From the human T2T-CHM13v2.0 reference genome, Homo sapiens: a stretch of DNA of 64,000 nucleotides. The notes beneath the pieces were generated by a model, which was not told the origin of the DNA, ran no database searches, and was given only the letters and a program-made list of their open reading frames with translations. The DNA lies in NCBI RefSeq assembly GCF_009914755.1, contig NC_060936.1; one strand, written 5' to 3'. Positions 48,114 through 64,000 of this stretch are shown here, piece after piece; the stretch's first letter is position 1; every line of letters starts with the position of its first letter. A program made the position numbers and the translations under genes.

Positions 48114-48526
48114 CTGGAAAAAAGGGAGAAAAATAATGCTCTTTTAAATCCATCTAAATGCATACAAAATAAGAAAATCAGGTAACTAGTAGATAAAAAC
48201 CTGTCTCAGCGGTTCAGCTAAAAGCCACTAATCAGCAAACTAATAACTGAATCATTACAGTAAAAACAGAACATTTATATTAATTTGTTGCTAGCTATTA
48301 AAAACTTAACACCACAAAAAGTTATTTTGCTTTCTCCCTCACTAGTCTGGATATTGAGGAAGCCTCTGCAATTCCCTCTGAGTCTAAAATATTCCTCTTT
48401 CTCCTGCAGAAGCCATAAACTGGGACAAAACAATTCCTTACTACTCACCCACCCCAAACTCCTGTTTATAAAACAGTCATAAATATAATTATTGCAACTT
48501 TGATGGTAAATATGTATTGATGGTAC

Positions 48527-48770
48527 CTGAATATCCTTCTCAATAAATCGCTTTCCTGTCTCCAGGGTTGCCTCCAGCTGTTGAAGGAGCAAACGAAGAA
48601 TATCAATCCGGGAGGATACCCCATTCTCGGCAGTCTTCTCCGAGTTCTTTGGCTCCACAGGGTGGTTGAGACTTGGAAGTCCACTTATCAGCCTCAATGT
48701 TAAGGATCGGATTCTTAACCACAAGGTCTCCTCCTCTAAGGAAAGTTTCTTATGTTCTTCAGAAACGTCC
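48527..48770 (-). CDS. NAA25: NAA25 coding exon (DVSEEHKKLSLEEETLWLRIRSLTLRL...FIEKDIQ)
   Basis: AG/GT boundaries, 244 nt, phase consistent. Confidence 0.96.
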
Positions 48771-48800
48771 CTTAAACAGAAACATCCCCAAATTATCTAA

Positions 48801-50755
<1,955 letters not shown>

Positions 50756-50886
50756 TTACAGTATGCAACAGAGGCTCCATCTAAAAAAAAAAGTAACTAA
50801 AAATAGTATGTATGCAACTTAAGTTTAAACAAATTGGTTACAGTAATTACATTATTTTGCAAACTTCATCTTTTTATGACAGTATG

Positions 50887-51416
50887 TGTAGAAAAGAGTT
50901 AACATAGCAGGCCTGCAGCTATTATCGTTAGAAAGGCCTACTTGCAAGGTTGGCCCTTGGCTGATGTCTGGGAACTTTGCACTCCAACTGTTCCCTAAAA
51001 TGGTAAGAGTGACTCGCTGTGCCTAGATTGTTTATATAAACCATGTTGTTTATGGTGAATACCTGCTTTCTTTCCACTCAGGATAGACAGAGTGTACCCA
51101 CATAACAATGAAACCTTAAGCACCAAGTCTCTACTGGGTTTCCCTGAGCAGGAACATTCCACCTGTGTTACTGCATTTTTCCCTGCTGGAGAAAGGAGCA
51201 TACTCAGTGTTTCCCCTCAGAGGAGGGAGAAAGCACTGGAAGTCTGAGTTCTCCCGACTGTGCCTGTTCCTTTTTCCCTTCCGGATTCTGTCATGTGTCC
51301 TTTCACTGTAATAAACCTTAGCCGTTGAGTGCAACTATATGCTCAGCCCTGTGAATCCTTCTGGGACTCAACAATCCTAAATCACTGAATGTGGCCTTGG
51401 CAACCCACAAATCACA
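50887..51416 (+). mobile_element. MER21-family LTR
   Basis: Starts TGTAGAAAAGAGTTAACATAGCAGGCCT; internal AATAAA near 51310; end approximate. Confidence 0.7.
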
Positions 51417-52128
51417 GAATTTTCAGAACTACCTCATATACACTTCTTAGCATGTTTCTGCATTTATTTCCTTAGGTTCTACTTTCCTAGAAGCAGATCT
51501 GCCAAATTAAATGGTATGTGGCATTTTAAATCTTGATACATATCACTACAACTCCCTATAGGAAGACTGTATAAAATTTATCCCTGTGTAAATGCATAAT
51601 AAGTATTTACCACACAGCCTTGCTGACCACAAGTATTCATCTTTTTTGCTAGAAACAAAATCTTTATTGCTGTAAGATGTGTTTCTTTGCCCAATTTCTT
51701 ATTTTCTTATTGACTTATTAAGAGTTCTCTCTATATATGAAGGATACTTGTATGAAGAAATTTACTACAAACCTTTAGAACTTAACAAATTTATTATTTC
51801 TATTTACAGAAGTTAAATCCTTTATGTTTCCAGATTTGGTATAATACTAGGAAAGGCTTTCCTCACCTATTTAAAAATATTTTCTATATTTTCTTCTAGA
51901 ATTTCTAAGGAATCTAGAATTTAGCATACAGTCTTTAATCGATCTGGAATTCTCATATATGCTGTGAAGTAGATCTAACTTTTAGATTAACCAGCAGTCC
52001 CAGCATAGGGGTGAGCTATACTTTCTTCATTTGGCTTACCTATATTTTCTGATCCCTACAACAAACACATGTTATTTTATATTTGTGTAAAGTGAAGTTT
52101 GTTTTTTTTAATTTTAGATTCATCCTAA

Positions 52129-52446
<318 letters not shown>

Positions 52447-52566
52447 TAAAAATAAACTGCTTCACCCAGGAGTTCGAAGCTGCAGTGAGCTATGATCTTG
52501 GTCTCTTTAAAAAAACAAAAAACAAACAAAAACTTTAAAAATTGCTTGGGGTTAAATTCCAGTTAC

Positions 52567-52692
52567 CTGTCTTTTGGATCCCAGCTGAAAAAAACATTTA
52601 AGTCTCTGTTGTCTCGCAAATCTTCCCATGGAATGTCATCTTCTTCTGGCCTAAGGTTCATTGACTTTATACTTTCTGCTAAACTGGTTGAT
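52567..52692 (-). CDS. NAA25: NAA25 coding exon (ISTSLAESIK...DLRDNRDLNVFFSWDPKD)
   Basis: AG/GT boundaries, 126 nt, phase consistent. Confidence 0.96.
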
Positions 52693-53193
52693 CTGTGATA
52701 GAGAAAAATCCACATATTATTTTAATAGTAAAATAGCCAGAAAATATTATTAATCAGGACTTCCTGTTTTACTAGACAGGAAGGGAAAGAGGAAGGAAGG
52801 GCTCATAATAAGGTGAAATAGAACCAAGCGCAGATCAAACTGGCTTGCTACATGGCAAGAAAAAGGCTTCTGGAAGCCCACACAAAACAAAGGGGATCAG
52901 CATTAATTCCTGAAATCTCTTGATTTGTAGGGGAGGCGGAACCTTCGTAAGCACAATATGGACCAGGCATTGATGACCATGACCTAAATGGCTTCTGTAA
53001 TGGTCTCAAGATGTTGCTGGCAGTACTCTACCATTCCCCATGACATGTGCCAAGTTCTGTTTCCCCACTGTCTCTCTCCCTTTTTTCCCCCTATTTTACC
53101 TTAAGCCTGCCAATAACACCCATGAGCCCATTAATGGCTCTTAACAACTGATCTAATCCCTTAGTTCCTTTATAGCTCTCATGCAATACTTAC

Positions 53194-53345
53194 ATATTTG
53201 CTTCAAGTAGAAGGTCTAACAGCATCCGTTCAGTACGGACTTGTGCAAAATGAAGAGAATTATTCAGCCTGTTCCTAAAAGCGATAAACTCTGGGATCTT
53301 CTCAAATGCACCATATTTGTAAGCTTGAATAATATATTCTGAGGT
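53194..53345 (-). CDS. NAA25: NAA25 coding exon (TSEYIIQAYKYGAFEKIPEFIAFRNRL...LLLEAN)
   Basis: AG/GT boundaries, 152 nt; contains the NatB MDM20-like AYKYGAFEKIPEF motif. Confidence 0.96.
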
Positions 53346-54384
53346 CTGAGAAGGAAAGACATCACCTTGGTATAAATAGTTCACAAGTCAGGCAATGTAA
53401 GCAAACCTTGCCAGCCAAAACAAAACACTCAAACTAAAATTAAGTTTTAAATCTAATCTTTAAAGGTCTTGGTCACCAAGTAGAATATTAGCTTTTTAAA
53501 ATGTTTTTCTTCCTTCTTATACTTTAGACAAATGTCTCCTTTACTAATATTACTAATTGTAATAACCAGCTTCTGCCACCATCACATAAGCCTTCTCTTG
53601 GCAGTCATGTCTTTCAATTCAATAGGAACTGAGGTTTTGTTTTGCCACATCAGTCAAAAATTTGGTTAGTGCCATTCTGGAAGGGATGTTACTCCATGTT
53701 TTTCTGCATCTAAGATAAACTGTGTTTCATACAAAGGTTCCAAAAGCACCAGAATAATAGAACCACCTGCCCCCCGCCCCCCCAAATAAAAACCACTCTC
53801 CTTCAGAAAAAGACAGGCTGCTCCTTGGTTTTGCTTATTTCTGAATACTGTATTAGAAACACAGGGCATATGAGCATTACGTCAGGATAGAAGTAAGACA
53901 CCAAACAAAAGACCTGTCAAAATTCATGTCATAATCTATTCTGAGGACAAAGACTTCAAGAACCAAGTTTCTTGTCCATCTACATTACGTAAGACCTCTG
54001 CTGGAAATTTCCTTAAACAAGTATGTGAAGGGAACATTCACCACATGTGCTTTAATTGTAGCTTAATACATATACAGAGATCAAACATTACAGAACAGAG
54101 GCAAGATAAAGAATTCTAAGCAGAAATTCTGGCACAATAGAAGAAAATCTCAGGGAAGAACATTTCATGGGTGTGGGTCTATGCCATCAGGATCAGAAGA
54201 CAGGAGATTACCCCTTTGGGCCAAGGAAACTATTATGCTCAAAGCTGATGTCTGCCCCCAAAAAAGATCCTTTCTAGAAAAAACAGTCTTTTTACACAGC
54301 CTCAGTTAATCAGCTCTGCCCCCATCTCCATTACGTCTGAATAATTTGCCCAGTAGGAAAATAGGCCAATAGTCAACAACATAC

Positions 54385-54513
54385 CCTCTGATATACAGCC
54401 TTGCAGGGTTCATTTCAGGCCGCGGGATTGCGCCACGGGCGCTAATTCAACTGCATTCGATGCGGCTTTTAAACCCCCATGGGACACCTCGGCGAGCTGT
54501 TTGCCTGCAGTAT
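54385..54513 (-). other. Candidate NAA25 poison (PTC-containing) cassette exon
   Basis: Pyrimidine tract ttttcttgtgtccgtccgtctttaatttctccag| and donor AGG|gtatgt; 129 nt; in-frame TAA (54469-71), TAG (54442-44), TGA (54415-17). Confidence 0.7.
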
Positions 54514-55463
54514 CTGGAGAAATTAAAGACGGACGGACACAAGAAAATTAAAAAGATTACTTGTGATCCTGCAGGTTTCAAGAAGGACTACCTGAAAAAG
54601 CTCGAGTATACCTTCTAGCTTGATTAAAGGACAGTGATACACCCTATCAAGAGGAGGCCAGGATACTCTAAACACATATGCCTATCCTATGGCCCCTTGG
54701 CTTAGAAAACACAGCAAGGTTTACTACTATTAGCCCTTGTAATAGGAACTTACAGCTGGGGAAAAAAAAACAGCTGGTTAGGAACACATGATTCAGTAAT
54801 TAATCAAAAAGAAAATATGACTTTAGTAATTCCAATCAAAGTTATAATTACAGTTCCAAAGTATGCTATGATTTAAGGAGGGAACCCAGCCTTACCAAGT
54901 GTAGAGGCAGTTTTAATTTCTAAGTGGTCCGTGGAACACCACTTTATTTAAAAAAAAAAAAAAAAAAGGCAATAGCTTTTCAAAGAGAAAAATAAGGGGC
55001 AACAAAGAGAGTATAGTCTTTAACAAACTAAGAAGGTAGTCACAGTTCTCTGGCTTATCTTTTTTAGATAGTCCTTCTGTAACACTGCAGTAAAGTACCA
55101 TTGCAGAGCTAGACAAGGGCCTGGGATGCAACCACTAGGACCAAGGCTGTGGAAGTAGTACTACGTGAAGAAACAACCCCCTACTGGAACTGCAGGCAAA
55201 ACTGAAAGCCACAGGCACTTTAAAGACTTTTGAATATCAAAGTATGTTGTCCGTACCTATTTTCTACTCATTTATGCACCAATGAGGCTATTTAGATCCC
55301 GAATGGATTCCTGAAATGAACCCTGGTCACTGTAAAAATTAGTGAAATATATGGACATAAAACCCCTGAATAATGACCTTTGTGAATACCTAGAGATTAT
55401 ATTTTCTTTTATTTACTTTTTTTTTTTTTTGAGACAGAGTCTCACTCTGTCATCCAAGAGTGA

Positions 55464-55595
<132 letters not shown>

Positions 55596-58459
55596 TAAAA
55601 TAGAGATTTTAAAGGGAAATTTTTAAGAAGTAAAAACACGTAAGTGACTTTTAAAGATATGAAAATCTAGTGCTTATTTTCATATTTTTAAAAATCTATT
55701 CCAAAGTAAGATGACAACAGAAAATAACCTTTCTAGAAAGAAAATCCCTATGCAGACCTTCCAAATACAACTTTCAATCCCATAGCACAAAACATTACTA
55801 AGCAAAACACTAGATTTTCCATTTAAGTAAAAGTGTCCTGTCAAAGAGCTAGGTGGGAATTGAAATGCATCAGTCACCCAAGGAAAAAGCATCCGGGGAT
55901 CCCAAAAACTACCAAGAATAAAAGATGCATAGTATAGAGCTCTGGATTTGAAGAGAGATATTTCTGATACTCTAAGCACAAGGTTGAACACACACAGTAA
56001 GACACTACAATCATAATCTTTCTTAGCCTTAGATTTCTTTAGGAAACAGTTCACACCACAGTCTCTATCTGGCACTCAACATTAAGGTCAAGCTACATGT
56101 TCCTAGCTGTACCATATTTTTCTTTTTTGGTGGGGGGACAGAGTCTCTCTCGTCACCCAGGCTGGAGTATAATGGTACAATCAGCTCACTGCAACCTCCA
56201 CCTCCCGGGTCAAGCAATTCTCCTGCCTCAGCCTGCCGAGTAGCTGGGATTACAGGCACCTACCACCATGCCTGGCTAATTTTTGTATTTTTAGTAGAGA
56301 TGGGGTTTCACCACGTTGGCCAGGCTGGTCTTGAACTCCTGACCTCAGGTGATCCACCCACCTCGGCCTCCCAGTGCTTGGATTACAAGCGTGAGCCACT
56401 GTGCCCAGCCTGTACTGTATTTTTCTTTTGCCTCTAGGACTCTTCAAGATTATCTCCTGTCAGCAGATTTAATAAGCTCTATCTTCTTAGCGGTAATCAA
56501 AATATATTTCAAGTGTCCTAGTCTCTGATCAATAAAATGCTATAATTTTATCAGGTTCAACATCACATACATTCAGATGAATTAGTCACTTTTGCCACAC
56601 ACAACCATCAGCAAAACATAAAACAAAGATACAAAAAAAACTCTGAGGATGACACATCCCCTCAAATTGCTCCTAGGGGTCTCCTTTGCCTATATTGCAA
56701 CACTTTTGTAATTTTATTTTTAGATTTTCTTTCAAAACAACTCTTCAGACACAATATTTGTGGGAAAAAATTAAAGCCTAATTCTGATGTATATAAAGTA
56801 ATGTGTCTTTATTGACCACATCTTCATGAGTAATACAGTTCTTCTAGAATGCTGCATGATTGAAAGCTAGAGGAAAACCAGCCACCGGGCTGGAATTAAT
56901 CCCTGATTTACTCCCACTACCTCAAAGCTATTTGAGAAACAAACCTTTGAAAAGGAATCTTCAGTAAATCAAATGTTTCTTTCATCTCTCTTATAAATAC
57001 AGAAATGAGGCCATAAATAATGAGATGAGGAAACCAATCCTTTTGATTTTTTTTTTGAGTTAGTGAAACCTCTTGAAAACAGGAGGGCAAGTACAGATAC
57101 TTGAACACACAATGAAAATTCATAGGTTTATAGCTCATCCATGCTAGGTTTTAGAAACCCAACATCCTAGAGATGACCTTCTGACCTCTAAGCCAGGCCA
57201 GCACACCTTCTGAGTAACATGCTCAGATGCTGATACTCATTTTCCTCTCTCCCTGATCAGATGCTGTGCCACAAAATGAGGTCTGAACGGAGATACCAAT
57301 CACTGCAGAGGTTAAGGGGGCCACTTTGGGGAGGGGATACAGGACTAAGAACCAACTAATGGTACACAGCTCATTATCTAAGCACAAGAGGCTGCTTTCC
57401 ACCTGCTTAGAGCTGTCCTTTGCTACTCCAGCCCTCTAGGCCATTCCCTAAAACTTGTCAGAATGTAATTATCATAAACTGAGAACAAACCTATATCCCA
57501 TGTTCAGAAATGCTTCTATTTAATACAATACACCCTTAAAGAATTAGATGGAAGATAGATTAGTCATCCTGTTACAGTAAAACAAAAGGGTTTAAAAAAA
57601 ATCCTCACGAGTGTTTGCCAAGAAGAACCCCAGAAACTAGCTTCCTTGCTAGTTCCTTAATTGCTGGTAGACCATGAGAATGGAAAGCTATGGGCAGATA
57701 GCTGGCACAGCCAACTTCAGGCGATGAGGCTTAGAAGTCTGTGAAAACCAAGTAGGCAGTGACCACCCTGGAGACATTCCTTTTCTTCACATTCATTGTT
57801 GGGCAGTTTTTTATAATTGGTCAACTGAGTACAGACCGTATGGTTTTCCTACAAAAACCTCGGCTTAACCAACAAGTAGAGCCCAAGTCTGCTTGCAGTG
57901 AAAAATATGGTGCAAATCCCATCCTTTCATTATGGCACAGAGAAGCTCTATTTATTGCTACTTTAAAAAACATATTATTCACCTAGGTTTCTCGGAATGC
58001 CTTTTAATTTTCTAAGAAAATACAAGTACATTCACCTTTGGCAAAGAGCACAATGGACATACATTTCAGAGTTAAATAAAAGTAACAGAGAGCAGCTGCT
58101 ATTGCAGGATGTTACACGGCATCCCAGGCTATGAACGCTTATGGACTGTTTCTTATACCCTTGGAAAAGTCTCTTAGAGATTAAAAGCCAGGTCTAAGAG
58201 GACTAACACTTCCTAGTCAGTAAATACCAGTTTTTAAATGCAACTTTCCAAGGATTCTATTAAACACGCCCATTCTAACAAACACAAATAACTCTCTACC
58301 TCTCCCTACCAGCCTTGGACAGTAAGCTTTGGTCTAAGGGCACTTGCTAGTTCAGCATGGTGCACCTTAACATGTGTACTTGTGACATGTGGTGACGTGC
58401 TCCTCAATAGTGTGCAGTCAGCAGACAAGATCACAGTTAAAAAATAGTTTTTCACTTAC

Positions 58460-58559
58460 ATCTTTCTGGTTGGAGTGAAAAAACCTGAGTGCGAAGTTAC
58501 AGGATTGGGACGCAGCAGCATACTGACCTAGAGATTCAGCATATCGGGTCAAAAGATAA
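58460..58559 (-). CDS. NAA25: NAA25 coding exon (YLLTRYAESLGQYAAASQSCNFALRFFHSNQKD)
   Basis: AG/GT boundaries, 100 nt, phase consistent with neighbours, ends phase 0. Confidence 0.96.
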
Positions 58560-59289
58560 CTAGATCAGAAGGAAAGAAGGAAAAAAAAAGACATGTTATA
58601 CTTACTTACCTAGCTCAAGTAACAAATATTACGCTTCAAATTACTTGGCAAAAAAATAGCTAGGCATAAGAAAACACTAAAACATACTCCCACAGAAATG
58701 ATCTAATTCACCAGTTAAAATTTAAAAAAAAAAAAAAAAAAAAGCCAAAAGTTAACTCAGTTTTGTGGGAGACCTAAAGTTCTGTAACTAGGCTTTCTTA
58801 CACTCTGATGATTAATGACACATAAAAGTTCTAACAGAACATAATGCTGTCTTCCTAAAACAGCACCACAAACAGAGAAAATGCCATTAAGTGATACTAG
58901 CATAATAATAAAGAGTAGTCTAAATACAAGTTCAAAATACAAATTCAAACTTTGTTGAGGTCAATAAATAAATTACATGTGTCAACTTCAACTGCAAAGC
59001 GGAAATGAACACTTCAAAATAATGTGTGCTAAGAATAAGGGTTCAAAGTATATAGGTGTTTGCTATCTCTGGGGAAAACTCTCTTACATTTCTAAATTGT
59101 GCAAATTTTCAAATTACCACAAAATGCTGGGAGATATAAAAATCTTTCTGGTTTGCAATGGATCATAACAGGTTATTATTTAATCAGAAAGGCTTAATGT
59201 CACAATCAACTTTAAAATCTAAGTTAGAGTCCTGTGTACCCCACACTGGTATAGCTGGCTGCTCATTATTCAGAGTATATACTACCAAC

Positions 59290-59470
59290 CCAATGGTATC
59301 ATGCTGGATATGCTTAGCATCGAGGCTGGAGTAAAGATCCACCACTGGTTCAAATGCACCCAGCATACAGTAGATTCGAACAAGCAGCAATTTGAACTGA
59401 GCATTGGAAGGGCTATGGGTTAATCCCTCTTCCAGCAAAGTCAGGGCCTGCCACACAGTGGTCTCATCAC
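59290..59470 (-). CDS. NAA25: NAA25 coding exon (GDETTVWQALTLLEEG...DAKHIQHDTIG)
   Basis: ttctag| acceptor, |gttggt donor, 181 nt; NatB auxiliary subunit (MDM20-type) sequence. Confidence 0.96.
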
Positions 59471-60268
59471 CTAGAACCAAAATACAGCATTATCCACTGA
59501 TCTTGACAGCAAATGAAAGCTTCCCAAAAACAAAAAACAAAACCTTATTGACATCATCACCCCCCCCAATAAATGAAGTTAAATGACAGAGAACAAATTT
59601 TAGATATACACCTGTAACCAAAATAGAGAATTTCGCCTCAACAGAGAGTCCTTCAATAGTTAAGTCTATTCTTAAACATGCCCACAGCAAAAACGATGCA
59701 GATTTTAAGTGGCCAGGTCTTGTGGGGGGATGTTATAGAATCTCACAGAATCTCAGATTCTGGGAAGAGATGGACTTTGAAGGAAAACTGGAGCTCAGCA
59801 CCTTGCCCCTGCAGGATTTCCTCTATAAAACCCCAGACAGATGTTATCTATAGACATCATTTTTCTTCCATATGTAACTCTACTAACAGAATGGCAAATA
59901 GGATGTTTGAAAATATTTACTCAATAATCAAACTAAAATGATACTTTTTTTGGGTCTATGAAATTTCAAAAGGTACATGTATCTCTAGTCTTCAAGATTA
60001 AGTTACTTATTCTTTAGGATCCATCTAAAGAAAATACTATGAAATACAGATAAAGCTTTATATACAAAAATAGTTATCGTACTATCTAGTGATGTAATGA
60101 TGGGAGGATGAGTAGGTAAATTATGGTAACTTCGACACATGGAAATGTCATATAACTACTTGACGTTAATGAAGAGTTTTTAATTACAAAGGAAAATGTG
60201 CAATAATGTTCAGTAAAACACACACACAGAAAATTCAAGTTAGTACAAAGAGTTGATCTCAACTCTTA

Positions 60269-64000
<3,732 letters not shown>

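Noticed and set aside
54385-54513. Idea that the 129-nt exon is a coding cassette rescued by editing or readthrough
   Set aside because: Length is a multiple of three, but three separate in-frame stops make recoding implausible.
54420-54540. Known ribozyme, snoRNA or tRNA in the GC-rich intronic patch
   Set aside because: No hammerhead or HDV core, C/D or H/ACA box arrangement, or cloverleaf that I could identify.
56918-56925. ACTACCTCA let-7-like seed match
   Set aside because: Intronic, on the non-transcribed strand, no precursor hairpin; expected by chance.

Overview
Alu-dense primate genomic DNA that I recognise from the translated exons as the human TMEM116-ERP29-NAA25 locus (12q24). 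It holds the 5' end of TMEM116 (minus), the complete three-exon ERP29 gene (plus, 261 aa, C-terminal KEEL) sharing a CpG-island bidirectional promoter with TMEM116, and the last 11 coding exons plus 3' UTR of NAA25 (minus). Also present: an IER3IP1 processed pseudogene, a U6 pseudogene split by an Alu, the MIR3657 hairpin, solo LTRs, DNA transposons and dozens of Alus. The strongest unexplained signal is in the NAA25 intron at 53346-58459: a CpG-rich 129-nt candidate poison exon (54385-54513, three in-frame stops) forms one arm of a ~1-kb nested, non-repeat imperfect inverted repeat. A second, crossing set of helices would hide that exon's 5' splice site, which suggests an RNA-structure switch controlling NAA25 by splicing-coupled decay. 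A candidate upstream coding exon (10854-10901) would extend TMEM116 by 27 aa and complete its first transmembrane helix. All alignments were made by eye; conservation, expression and novelty were not checked.
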